From the NCBI GenBank assembly GCA_020072585.1, contig JAIQGL010000006.1, positions 101,808 to 165,807 of the forward strand: a stretch of DNA of 64,000 bases, read 5' to 3'. The stretch's first letter is position 1. Every line of letters begins with the position of its first letter. The notes beneath the pieces were generated by a model, which worked only from the letters and a program-made list of their open reading frames with translations, was not told the DNA's origin and did not search any database. The stretch is from Terriglobia bacterium (GTDB lineage: Bacteria; Acidobacteriota; Terriglobia; Terriglobales; Acidobacteriaceae). Positions 26,586-35,742 of the stretch are shown in pieces. The translations under genes and the position numbers were made by a program.

Positions 26586-26892
26586 TTAGACACCGGAAAT
26601 GTTACCTTGGGCGGGGTTTACGCTTCTTAATGGTTTCCCCTGAGTTTTCACCGCAAAGGACGCTAAGAACGCAAAGGAGAGTAATAGGGCGTTCACGACG
26701 CACCGGATGCCATCACGAAGGTGAAGCACATTGAGTCCTACATTGCGCAACTCGTATGCCAGGCACGCTTCATAAGCGCTCTTAAGAAGACCCGGCCCAT
26801 GCCGTATGGACGCGAAAGGCTGCATCCAGAATGATTTTGCTTAACTCATTTTCATCCTTCGCGACCTTTGCGCCCTTCGCGGTGGAACTCAT
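26586..26892 (-). pseudogene. Degraded GxxExxY-family gene (frameshift plus internal deletion)
   Basis: N-terminal ELSKIILDAAFRVHTA is in one frame and GPGLLKSAYEACLAYELRNVGL...LRDGIRCVVN in another. The central ~70 aa of the family are missing. Confidence 0.6.
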
Positions 26893-26896
26893 ACTG

Positions 26897-28408
26897 TCAT
26901 TCCCCGGCAGATTTCGCCGCTGCCGGCTTCCACCGCAATACCGGCTTTCTTGCCGCGGCCGTCTCATCCAGGCGTTTCACGCGCGTGTTGTGAGGCGCGT
27001 TTTTCACGAACTCAGGATCTTCCTCCGCTTCGCGCGCAATCGCCTTCATCGCGTCCACCAGCAGGTCCAGCTCTTCCAGTGATTCGCTCTCTGTTGGCTC
27101 AATCATAATGGCGCCATGTACCACCAGCGGGAACGACACAGTATAAGGATGGAAGCCGTAGTCGATCAGCCGCTTGGCAATATCGCCGGTCTTCACGCCT
27201 TTCTGCTCCTGGATGCTGTCACTAAAGACCACTTCATGCATTGACGGGCTCTGGTATGGCAAATGGTAGTCGCCCTCCAGTTTTTTGCGGATGTAGTTGG
27301 CGTTGAGCACCGCGTCTTCCGTCGTCTGGCGCAGGCCGTCTGGCCCGTTGGCCAGCGTATATGCCAGCGCGCGGACGTGCATGCCGTAATTTCCATAAAA
27401 CATGCGAACGCGTCCCACCGACTGTGGGCGATCATAGTCAAACGCCAGCGTGCCGTCGGCTCTCTCCACGATCACAGGTTTGGGCAGAAACGGCTCCAGC
27501 ATCTTCTTGCACGCCACCGGGCCCGACCCCGGACCGCCTCCGCCATGCGGCGTGGAAAAAGTCTTGTGCAGGTTCAGGTGCATCACGTCCACGCCAAAGT
27601 CGCCGGGACGCGTTTTGCCCACCAGCGCATTCATGTTGGCGCCATCCATATACAAAAGGCCGCCTTTTTCATGAAGGATCGCGGCTATCTTATCGATCTC
27701 CTGCTCAAAGATGCCCAGCGTGTTGGGGTTGGTCAGCATCAGGCCGGCGACATCTTCATTCATCTGCGCCGCCAACGCGCTCACGTCCACCATGCCGCGT
27801 GAGTTCGATTTCAGATTTTCCACCGCGTATCCGCAAATTGCTGCCGTGGCCGGATTGGTGCCGTGCGCGGAATCAGGAATCAAGATTTTTTTGCGCGGAT
27901 TGCCGCGCGACTTGAGACAAGCATGTATTAGCAGGATGCCGGTCATTTCACCATGCGCGCCCGCCGCCGGTTGCAGCGTGATGGCATCCATGCCGGTTAT
28001 GTCGAGCAGGCACTCGGAGAGCGTCTTCATCACGCGCATCGCGCCCTGTGAAACCTCCGCAGGCTGGTACGGATGCGCGTTGGCCAGTCCGGGGAAGCGC
28101 GCCACCACTTCATTCACACGCGCGTTGTATTTCATGGTGCAGGAGCCCAGCGGATACATTCCCAGATCAATCGCGTAATTCCACGTGGAAAGCCGGGTGA
28201 AGTGGCGGATGATCTCCATCTCGCTCACTTCCGGCATATTGCCCAGATCGGGACGCGCCGCAGCACCAAGGGCTTTTTTGTAGTCGACCTCAGGCACATC
28301 CAGGGGAGCCAGCCGATAACCTTTCTTGCCCGGTGATGAGCGTTCAAAGATCAGCCCTTCATTCTGGTTAACGTGTTGCGTCGCCTTCTTGATGTCTTTG
28401 TTGCTCAT
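26897..28408 (-). CDS. gcvPB: Glycine dehydrogenase (decarboxylating) subunit 2
   Basis: PLP-lysine region [18 protein letters not shown]. 503 aa. 4-nt overlap with gcvPA. Confidence 0.95.
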   Translation of the reverse strand: MSNKDIKKATQHVNQNEGLIFERSSPGKKGYRLAPLDVPEVDYKKALGAAARPDLGNMPEVSEMEIIRHFTRLSTWNYAIDLGMYPLGSCTMKYNARVNEVVARFPGLANAHPYQPAEVSQGAMRVMKTLSECLLDITGMDAITLQPAAGAHGEMTGILLIHACLKSRGNPRKKILIPDSAHGTNPATAAICGYAVENLKSNSRGMVDVSALAAQMNEDVAGLMLTNPNTLGIFEQEIDKIAAILHEKGGLLYMDGANMNALVGKTRPGDFGVDVMHLNLHKTFSTPHGGGGPGSGPVACKKMLEPFLPKPVIVERADGTLAFDYDRPQSVGRVRMFYGNYGMHVRALAYTLANGPDGLRQTTEDAVLNANYIRKKLEGDYHLPYQSPSMHEVVFSDSIQEQKGVKTGDIAKRLIDYGFHPYTVSFPLVVHGAIMIEPTESESLEELDLLVDAMKAIAREAEEDPEFVKNAPHNTRVKRLDETAAARKPVLRWKPAAAKSAGE

Positions 28409-29730
28409 TGGCCCACCGCCTGTACTGCTGCATCGATCTGCTCTTTGCTGTTGAGCTCAGTACAACACCACAATTGCGCGTTGCCGAGTTCGGGATAGTG
28501 CCAGCCCAGCGGAAAGCCGCCAATCATCTTTTTTTCCAGCAGACGCTTGTTGATCGTGTGCGGATCATCTTTGGTTTGTACAACGAACTCATTGAAGCGC
28601 GGCGCGCCGGCAAAAAGTACTTTGCCCGCCTTCGCAAAGGCTGAGGCTGCGTACGCGGCTTTGGCCAGGTTCTGCGCGGCAAGTTCCTTCAACCCCTCAC
28701 GACCGTAGATCGTCAGATAGATTGTGGCCATGGTGGCAATCAGCGCCTGGTTCGTGCAGATGTTTGAAGTGGCTTTCTCGCGGCGGATGTGCTGCTCGCG
28801 CGTGGAAAGCGTTAGCACAAACCCGCGTTTACCGTCTTTATCCTTGGTCTCGCCCACCAGCCTGCCCGGAATTTGCCGCACAAATTTTTCCTTGGTGGCC
28901 ATCACTCCGGCGTAGGGGCCGCCATAACCCAGCGGCACGCCAAAAGACTGCGCCTCCATCGAGACAATGTCGGCTTCTACCGGTGGCTTTACGATTCCCA
29001 GAGACAGAGCTTCTGCGATCGAGACAATCAGGAGCGCGCCCTTTTTGTGCACCAGGTCAGCTACGGCCGCAACATCTTCAATCGTGCCAAAAAAGTTAGG
29101 TGACTGGATAAGCACGCACGCCGTGTCCGCGGTGATCTTCTTTTCCAGATCGGCCATGTCCACGCGGCCGTTTTCCAGATACCCGCATTCTGCAATGGGC
29201 AACCCCTGGTGCTGCGTGTATGTGTGCATCACCTCGCGGTATTCCGGATGCACACTGCGCGCCACCACCGCCGCCGTTCTGCCGGTGATGCGGACCGCCA
29301 TCAGCATGGCCTCAGCCGCGCCGGTTGATCCGTCATACATCGACGCGTTGGCCACTTCCATGCCGGTAAGCTCGCAGACCATGGTCTGGAATTCAAAGAT
29401 GGCTTGCAAAGTTCCCTGCGCGATCTCCGCCTGGTACGGCGTGTATGAGGTAAGAAACTCCCCGCGTGAAACCATGGCGTCAATCACCACCGGACGGTAG
29501 TGATGGTAAGCTCCCGCGCCCAGGAACAGGGCATAGTCCGCCGCGTTTTTGTTCGCGCATTCGTGGAAGTAGTCAATGATCTCTGACTCCGCCATCTGCC
29601 GCGGAACTTTCAAGTCGCGGTTCAGCCGGTATTCCGCCGGAATCGGCGCGAACAAATCATCAATGGACTTGCAGCCAATCTCGCGCAACATCTGCGCCCG
29701 ATCAGCAGGAGATTTTGGTAAATAGCGCAT
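28405..29730 (-). CDS. gcvPA: Glycine dehydrogenase (decarboxylating) subunit 1
   Basis: 441 aa. Characteristic [10 protein letters not shown] and [15 protein letters not shown] motifs. Confidence 0.95.
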   Translation of the reverse strand: MRYLPKSPADRAQMLREIGCKSIDDLFAPIPAEYRLNRDLKVPRQMAESEIIDYFHECANKNAADYALFLGAGAYHHYRPVVIDAMVSRGEFLTSYTPYQAEIAQGTLQAIFEFQTMVCELTGMEVANASMYDGSTGAAEAMLMAVRITGRTAAVVARSVHPEYREVMHTYTQHQGLPIAECGYLENGRVDMADLEKKITADTACVLIQSPNFFGTIEDVAAVADLVHKKGALLIVSIAEALSLGIVKPPVEADIVSMEAQSFGVPLGYGGPYAGVMATKEKFVRQIPGRLVGETKDKDGKRGFVLTLSTREQHIRREKATSNICTNQALIATMATIYLTIYGREGLKELAAQNLAKAAYAASAFAKAGKVLFAGAPRFNEFVVQTKDDPHTINKRLLEKKMIGGFPLGWHYPELGNAQLWCCTELNSKEQIDAAVQAVGQ

Positions 29731-29732
29731 GG

Positions 29733-29858
29733 TTCTCCGAAGTCCCGAGCGCAGTGAGGGATCGCTATTCCCTTCATTGCTGTCGAGACCTCAACTTACT
29801 CCTTCACAAAAATTCTTCGTGAGTGCAGGGCTCCCTCGCTTCGCTCGGGATTCCAGGA
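29733..29858. repeat. Family-1 inverted-repeat element (both arms) between gcvPA and gcvH
   Basis: Left arm TTCTCCGAAGTCCCGAGCGCAGTGAGGGATCGCTATTCCC. Right arm CAGGGCTCCCTCGCTTCGCTCGGGATTCCAGGA. Confidence 0.8.
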
Positions 29859-29859
29859 A

Positions 29860-30243
29860 TTACTTCTCTTCCGTGACGTACTTCTCGTAATCGTCGGCTG
29901 ACATCAGCGCGTCCGCCTGCTTCGCGTCCGCCAGTTCCAACTTGATCATCCAGGCGCTGTGCGCATCTTGATTCACTGCTTCCGGCGACTGATTGAGGCT
30001 CTCATTGATCCCAATGACTTTCCCTGAAGCCGGCGCATAAAGTTCTGAGACGGCCTTAACTGATTCCACGGTGCCAAAGCTCTTGCCGGCTTCCACCTGC
30101 GCGCCTATTTTGGGTAATTCAACAAAAACAATATCGCCCAGTGATTCCTGCGCGTGGTCCGTAATGCCAACCGTGGCCGTGTTGCCCTTTACCTGGATCC
30201 ACTCGTGTTCTTTTGTGTATCTGTAGTCTTTCGGATATGCCAT
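29860..30243 (-). CDS. gcvH: Glycine cleavage system H protein
   Basis: Lipoyl-lysine motif VESVKAVSELYAP. 127 aa. Confidence 0.95.
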   Translation of the reverse strand: MAYPKDYRYTKEHEWIQVKGNTATVGITDHAQESLGDIVFVELPKIGAQVEAGKSFGTVESVKAVSELYAPASGKVIGINESLNQSPEAVNQDAHSAWMIKLELADAKQADALMSADDYEKYVTEEK

Positions 30244-30310
30244 CGCTTTGTCCTGTCCCTTGAGAGCTGAGTTTCTGGGGCTATATTTTTGGAGCTATCT
30301 ATTTTCGGGG

Positions 30311-31453
30311 CTATAACTTTTTAGGTCGCTTGTAAAACGGGGTCGGCACAACCTTGCACTTGACCTTCTGGCCGCGGATCTCGACAAAAACTTCGTGTCC
30401 GATCTCTGAATGTGACGGAGGTACGTACGCCAAAGCAATGTTCTTTTTCAAAAACGGCGCCGGTGATCCGCTGGTGACATAACCAATTTCGCTTCCTGCC
30501 GCATCAAATACCTTATAACCGTCGCGCGGGATGCCCCGGTCCACCGCTTCCAGACCAACCAGGATGCGCTTCAGCCCTTCTGCTTTGGCTTTTTCAAGCG
30601 CCACGCGTCCCACAAAATCCGCCTTCTCCATCTTGCAGTAGCGGTCCAGCGCTGCTTCCCAGACATTGATGGTGTCTGAGATTTCATGGCCGTAAAGCGC
30701 CATCTTGCCTTCCAGCCGCAGCGTGTTGCGCGCGCCGAGTCCGCAAGGAACAATCCCAAACTCCTTGCCCGCCTCGGTCACTTCATTCCAGACGCGCTCG
30801 CTGGTAGGAACGTCTGACGGTACGTAAATCTCAAATCCGTCTTCCGCCGTGTAGCCTGTCCGCGCAATTAGCGTGTTGGGCAGGTTGCAGACGGTCCCGT
30901 GCTTGAACCAGTAATTCTTGATCTGTGAGAGATCCACATTGGTCAGCTTTTGCAGCGTGGCTTCAGCCTTGGGCCCCTGGATCGCAATCTGCGTGTAGTA
31001 ATCGCCCACGTCATCCGCGTGGCAGCGGAATCGCCCCACGTTCTTGCGTACCCAGCTATGGTCCTTCTCGCGCGTGCCGGCGTTGATCACCAGCAGGTAA
31101 TCATTCGGGCCCATCTTGTGGACGATCACATCGTCCACGAACGTTCCCTCCGGATAGAGCAGCGCGGAATAATGCGCCTGGCCTTCCTGTAGCTTTGAGG
31201 CGTCATTCATGCTGATCCACTGCACGGCATCCAGCGCCTGCGGCCCGCGGATCAGAATGTCGCCCATATGCGAGACATCAAACATGCCCACGCCGGTGCG
31301 CACCGCCAGGTGCTCTTTTACCAATCCGCCGCTTGCGGGATATTCGACAGGCATGTCCCAGCCGCCAAAATCCACCATCTTGGCGCCGAGCCGGCGATGC
31401 AGCGCGTTCAGCGCCGTCTTTCTAAGTGTTTGGCCTTCTGCGGTTGAGGACAA
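30311..31453 (-). CDS. gcvT: Glycine cleavage system aminomethyltransferase T
   Basis: 380 aa. FGGWDMPVEY, MFDVSHMG and TGYTAEDGFEI motifs. Confidence 0.95.
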   Translation of the reverse strand: MSSTAEGQTLRKTALNALHRRLGAKMVDFGGWDMPVEYPASGGLVKEHLAVRTGVGMFDVSHMGDILIRGPQALDAVQWISMNDASKLQEGQAHYSALLYPEGTFVDDVIVHKMGPNDYLLVINAGTREKDHSWVRKNVGRFRCHADDVGDYYTQIAIQGPKAEATLQKLTNVDLSQIKNYWFKHGTVCNLPNTLIARTGYTAEDGFEIYVPSDVPTSERVWNEVTEAGKEFGIVPCGLGARNTLRLEGKMALYGHEISDTINVWEAALDRYCKMEKADFVGRVALEKAKAEGLKRILVGLEAVDRGIPRDGYKVFDAAGSEIGYVTSGSPAPFLKKNIALAYVPPSHSEIGHEVFVEIRGQKVKCKVVPTPFYKRPKKL

Positions 31454-31566
31454 GTGTTTTCCCTTTCAAATCCCTGGGATACAACGAGACAGACCCGCCG
31501 CCGGGCTGTGACGAACCCCTAAGGTTAACATCCACGTTTTGCAGGGGTCAATAAAGCCACTCACGT

Positions 31567-31962
31567 GTGTCAAAGCTCGTTAGAAATGTCCCCATCACTA
31601 ACTCATTAGAAATGTCCCTTTTTGAGTTGTTGTCGGTCAGTTTTAGCAAAAACCGCCTTGAGTCTGTCATGTTGAACACCGCTCAAGTTGAGCCACGGGC
31701 TTTACCGCGCCCCGCTTGGCCATCGACCATTGACCCGTTGCCGGAAACCTTGAATCGCGCTAATCTTCCCGCTATGGCCAAGGAATACATGTGCATGATC
31801 TGTGACCAGCCGGAAAGAAGCTGCTCTTGTAACAAATACTGCGCGCTATGCCAGAGTCTGTTTGAAGTCCGCCTGTGTGAAGACGGCATCTATTATTGCC
31901 GCCCCTGCCGCGAGGCCTGCGACCTGCAAGCCCAGGTAGGAGGCAAGAGTACAGAGTGGTAA
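31567..31962 (+). CDS. Hypothetical Cys-rich small protein; true start uncertain (internal Met candidates)
   Basis: The C-terminal 55 aa contain CMICDQ...CSCNKYCALC...YYCRPCREAC, consistent with a zinc-ribbon-like module. GTG start in the ORF track. Confidence 0.35.
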   Translation: MSKLVRNVPITNSLEMSLFELLSVSFSKNRLESVMLNTAQVEPRALPRPAWPSTIDPLPETLNRANLPAMAKEYMCMICDQPERSCSCNKYCALCQSLFEVRLCEDGIYYCRPCREACDLQAQVGGKSTEW

Positions 31963-31999
31963 CCGTCATGCTTGATCCAGCGATCACGCACCCGATTCT

Positions 32000-32101
32000 C
32001 AATTTGGTAATTGCGTAATTTGGTAATTTAGTCATTGAGCATCTCCCGGGCGGACGCATGGCGGTTCAATTGCCCAATTACCAAATTACTCAATTACCAA
32101 A
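32000..32101. repeat. 26-bp near-perfect inverted repeat (AATTTGGTAATTG-type) with 47-nt loop
   Basis: TTTGGTAATTGCGTAATTTGGTAATT is compared with the reverse complement of AATTACCAAATTACTCAATTACCAAA. They match at 25 of 26 positions by eye. Confidence 0.85.
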
Positions 32102-32879
32102 CAACCTCGCGTCTCCGCGCCTCCCTGCCGAAATCACCGGCTACTACAAAGCCCTGGTGTCCCGTTGGGGCCCGCAAAACTGGTGGCCTGCGCGGTCGCG
32201 TTTTGAGGTGATCGTCGGCGCCTACCTCACCCAAAACACTAACTGGAGCAACGTGGAAAAAGCCTTGCTCAACCTGCGCCGCGTCCGCCTGCTCAGTGTG
32301 AGCGCCATGCGCAACGTGCCGCTCGCCGAACTGGAAATCCTGGTGCGCCCTTCCGGCTACTTTCGCCAGAAGGCACGGAATCTCAAGACCTTCATCGCAT
32401 TTCTTGACCAGCAGTACTCTGGCTCGCTCAACCGCATGTTCGCGCAACCCACGGAAAAACTCCGCGCTGAGTTGCTGGCGCTGAACGGCGTCGGCCCGGA
32501 AACGGCGGACTCCATCCTGCTCTATGCCGGCAACCACCCAGTCTTCGTCGTGGACGCCTACACCCGCCGCGTGCTGCTCCGCCACGGCATCATCAGTGAG
32601 AAAACCAGTTATGAAGAAATCCGCTCGCTTATCGAACATGCCGTCAGCAGTGCTGAAGCCGGTTCTCTCAACATGCGGAAGACCGGCTCAGACCCGCGGC
32701 ACGCCTCGTCGCCCATGAGCAGCGCATCGCGCGGCGAACTAGCCCAGCATTACAACGAACTTCATGCGCTGATCGTGCGGTTGGGAAATCACTATTGCCG
32801 CAAAACGGCAAAGTGCGAAGGTTGCCCTTTGCAACCGTTTTTAAAATCACCACAAGCCACAACAGCCCAGGGTGCATAG
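32058..32879 (+). CDS. Endonuclease III-related HhH-GPD superfamily protein
   Basis: WWPARSRFEVIVGAYLTQNTNWSNVEKA and the helix-hairpin-helix LNGVGPETADSILLYA. C-terminal Cys cluster (YCRKTAKCEGCPL). The N-terminal codons lie inside an inverted repeat. Confidence 0.75.
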   Translation: MAVQLPNYQITQLPNNLASPRLPAEITGYYKALVSRWGPQNWWPARSRFEVIVGAYLTQNTNWSNVEKALLNLRRVRLLSVSAMRNVPLAELEILVRPSGYFRQKARNLKTFIAFLDQQYSGSLNRMFAQPTEKLRAELLALNGVGPETADSILLYAGNHPVFVVDAYTRRVLLRHGIISEKTSYEEIRSLIEHAVSSAEAGSLNMRKTGSDPRHASSPMSSASRGELAQHYNELHALIVRLGNHYCRKTAKCEGCPLQPFLKSPQATTAQGA

Positions 32880-33024
32880 GAATCCTTTCCACGTCGCCGG
32901 CAGCCTGATTCACCTTCTTCTGGTATTTGTCGTGATCTCGATCATCTGGCACCTGGCCACCGGAAGACGTGCAACTGTTTGAGCAGTCTCGACTGTCGCA
33001 GCTCGAAACTTTGTATTACGATGG

Positions 33025-33573
33025 ATGGCCTATTGGCCATTCATATCTTTTATGTCACCTCTTGACGGCTATTTTTGTGCCACCTGCAAGCAATTTCATT
33101 CTGGTCTTCCTACCAGTTATGCGGCGGACTTCCCGGATAGCTATGCCTCGATTGACGAAAAAGAGCGTGAACAACGTGCGTTGATTGGTTCCGACCAATG
33201 CATCGTCGATAACGAGATGTACTTCATTCGTGGGCTAGTCGAGGTGCCTATCATTGGATTTCAAGAATTCTTTCTTTGGGGCCTGTGGGCTTCAATATGG
33301 AAGGAAGCTTACGGCGAAATAAATGAACATTGGCAAACCAACGGCAGGGAAAATCTTATTGGCCCCTACAAGGGGCGCCTCAATAATGAACTCCGCGAGT
33401 ATTCCCAGTCCACACTCAACCTTAAGTGCACCATCCGCATCCAGCCTCTAGGAGCGCGGCCACTTTTCTTCATCGACGAACCCGGACACCCATTGGCTAT
33501 TGAACAGCGCGATGGAATTTCGCTCGAACGCGTTCAGCAGATTGCTTCCGCGCTGATGCACAAAAACACCTAG
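33025..33573 (+). CDS. DUF2199-like protein
   Basis: N-terminal CATCKQFH...P..Y and the later FFLWGLWASI segment match my recollection of DUF2199. No search was done. Confidence 0.5.
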   Translation: MAYWPFISFMSPLDGYFCATCKQFHSGLPTSYAADFPDSYASIDEKEREQRALIGSDQCIVDNEMYFIRGLVEVPIIGFQEFFLWGLWASIWKEAYGEINEHWQTNGRENLIGPYKGRLNNELREYSQSTLNLKCTIRIQPLGARPLFFIDEPGHPLAIEQRDGISLERVQQIASALMHKNT

Positions 33574-33580
33574 CGCTCGT

Positions 33581-34426
33581 TTACCCCGGCCACATCTCCA
33601 GCGCCGTCTTGCTGAGAATCTGCTCTTTCACCTGTTCCGGCAACTCCAGCGCCTTGAACTGCTCCAGGTTCTGCTCGATCGTCGGGATGCCGGGGCTGGG
33701 GAAGTCCGTGCCAAACAGCGTCTTGTGCGCGATCTCTTTCACGCGCGGGAAATACTTAAGTAGGATTTTGGGCGGGATGCCGCTGATGTCCAGGTGCACA
33801 TTCTTGTGCCGGCGCAGCAGAAAAAATGCGGTGTGCATCCAGATCGGCCGGCCACCGTGTGCCATCAGGATCTTCAGCTTGGGAAAATCCACCGCCACGT
33901 CGTCCAGATAAATCGGATCGCCGAACTTGTTGCGCGCCGCGGGGAAGATCGACGTTCCCGTATGGATCATCACCGGAATCCCGTTCGCTTCCGCCGCGCG
34001 ATAAATCGTTTCCAGCTCCTTCACACCGTTCAGGTAGTCATTGGCGTAAAGCAACTGATGTGGCGGATGGATCTTGATCAGCCGTATGCCCAGGCGCACC
34101 AGGTTGTCCATTTCCGCCTGTACGTTGAGCGAATGCCGCGGATGCACGCTGCCGCAGGAAAGCAGGCGCTTTGGGTTTTCCTTGCAGTAATCCGCCACCC
34201 ACTGGTTCACCTCATGCGTAAACCCCATGGTCTCCGGCGCGACATAATTAATCAGGACCGCGCGCTCCACGCCGATGGAATCCAGATACTTGAGCAGCGC
34301 CTTAGGCGACCGGCAGTACTCCAGGATGTCTTCATAATGGCCGCGCGCCTTCTTCATCACCTCAAGCGGTCCGGCCTTGAACATGTCGACGGGTTGTATA
34401 TGGATGTGGCAGTCAGTAATTTGCAT
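33581..34426 (-). CDS. Amidohydrolase_2 (ACMSD/LigI-type metal-dependent hydrolase/decarboxylase) family protein
   Basis: N-terminal DCHIHI metal motif. Internal HPPH, IHTG and MAHGG segments are typical of the PF04909-type TIM barrel. Confidence 0.75.
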   Translation of the reverse strand: MQITDCHIHIQPVDMFKAGPLEVMKKARGHYEDILEYCRSPKALLKYLDSIGVERAVLINYVAPETMGFTHEVNQWVADYCKENPKRLLSCGSVHPRHSLNVQAEMDNLVRLGIRLIKIHPPHQLLYANDYLNGVKELETIYRAAEANGIPVMIHTGTSIFPAARNKFGDPIYLDDVAVDFPKLKILMAHGGRPIWMHTAFFLLRRHKNVHLDISGIPPKILLKYFPRVKEIAHKTLFGTDFPSPGIPTIEQNLEQFKALELPEQVKEQILSKTALEMWPG

Positions 34427-34434
34427 TTGTTTTT

Positions 34435-34582
34435 TATCCCGAACGAAGTGAGGGAACCCTATTGCTACTTGGCTTTCAAAAGCGTCACGAGGATTTATTT
34501 ATGCTCGGACAAAATGTCTTAGTTTGCGGCTAACACATTCTTCATTGCGGTAGGGCTCCCCTCGCTACGCTCGGGATAAAAC
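34435..34582. repeat. Family-1 inverted-repeat element (both arms)
   Basis: Left arm TATCCCGAACGAAGTGAGGGAACCCTATTGC. Right arm GTAGGGCTCCCCTCGCTACGCTCGGGATAAAAC. Confidence 0.85.
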
Positions 34583-35554
34583 ACACGCCAGCACCGCTCG
34601 CTTCGCGTACACCTTCACAATCTCCCGCCGATACTCCGGTGTAAGCCCTGAGGTCGTCAGCGGTTTCGCCATCTTGGCTGCCAGCTCGCCCACCACCGCC
34701 GCAACATGCTCGTCAATCTGCTTGCCCACCAGCGCATTGTCCGCGCCTTTAACCAGCAGCGGCGCGGGATTCACGGCCGTAATCGCCACGCGGGCGTTTT
34801 CCACCGGGCCGCCGTTTTTCTTGAGCGCCACCGCCACGCCGGCCAGCGGGTAATCAATCGATCCTCGTATGCGCAGCTTCATGTAGCTTCCCTTCCAGCC
34901 GGCGGATTCTTCCGGCAGAAAGACCCGGGTGAGCATTTCATTCGGCTCCAGCTTCATGCGTACATCGCCCACGTTGGTATAAAAATCCTTCATCGCCACG
35001 CGCCGTAACCCGCTCGGCCCCACAATCTCAACCTCTGCGCCCAGGCAAAGCAACGCCGGCGGCGTGTCACCGGAGAAAGCCGCCCAGCAGAACTTGCCTC
35101 CCGGCGCCACATGGCAGAGATCGCCGTCTTTCTTGATGCAGAAACCGCACGACCGTCGCCACTGCAATGACTGGTTGTACCAGACACAGCGCGTATCCAG
35201 GCATATGTTGCCGCCCAGCGTCCCCATGTTGCGCAGGATGGGCGAGGCCACCGTCATGGCCGCTTCATGCAACACGCGATAGTTGCGCCGTATGAACTCC
35301 GAATCTTCAATCGCTGAAAGCGGCGTGAGCGCGCCAATCTCCATGCCCGCGCCCGGACGTACGTGGATTCCGCGGATTTCTTCAATCCCGCGGATGTCCA
35401 TCAGGTACGCGGGCGTAAACAGCTTCTGCTTCATCGAAGGCAGAAGATCAGTGCCGCCGGCCAGGACCATCAGATCGCTGCCGTGCCGGGCGAGGTAGTC
35501 CGCCGCCTGCCGCAGTGTGCGCGGACGCAAGAACTTGAATGTAGGAAGACTCAT
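34565..35554 (-). CDS. Xanthine-dehydrogenase-family FAD-binding subunit with extra Cys-rich FeS loop (HcrB-like)
   Basis: VLAGGTDLLPSMK FAD motif. Insertion NICLDTRCVWYNQSLQWRRSCGFCIKKDGDLCHVAPGGKFCW has six Cys. Confidence 0.85.
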   Translation of the reverse strand: MSLPTFKFLRPRTLRQAADYLARHGSDLMVLAGGTDLLPSMKQKLFTPAYLMDIRGIEEIRGIHVRPGAGMEIGALTPLSAIEDSEFIRRNYRVLHEAAMTVASPILRNMGTLGGNICLDTRCVWYNQSLQWRRSCGFCIKKDGDLCHVAPGGKFCWAAFSGDTPPALLCLGAEVEIVGPSGLRRVAMKDFYTNVGDVRMKLEPNEMLTRVFLPEESAGWKGSYMKLRIRGSIDYPLAGVAVALKKNGGPVENARVAITAVNPAPLLVKGADNALVGKQIDEHVAAVVGELAAKMAKPLTTSGLTPEYRREIVKVYAKRAVLACVLSRA

Positions 35555-35556
35555 AT

Positions 35557-35722
35557 GTTCCGAAGTCCCGAAGCGTAGCGAGGGATCCCTATTCCTATCG
35601 ATGCCTTATTGGTTCTCAAATTGTCCCCTAGTTTTGCCAGTGCTTCCAAATTCGCGCATTCCAACCCCTAAAGTTTCTCGTGACGATAGGGTTCCCTCGC
35701 TCCGCTCGGGATTTCAGAAAAC
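35557..35722. repeat. Family-1 inverted-repeat element (both arms)
   Basis: Left arm GTTCCGAAGTCCCGAAGCGTAGCGAGGGATCCCTATTCC. Right arm GATAGGGTTCCCTCGCTCCGCTCGGGATTTCAGAAAAC. The arms match at about 28 of 33 positions by eye. Confidence 0.9.
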
Positions 35723-35742
35723 TCCGCGTCTCCGCGGTGAAT

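Noticed and set aside
31454-31566. Possible glycine riboswitch upstream of gcvT
   Set aside because: Reading the minus strand, I could not find the conserved GGAGAG...ACCGAAGGGGCAA-type cores of either aptamer. Only a generic GC hairpin is present.
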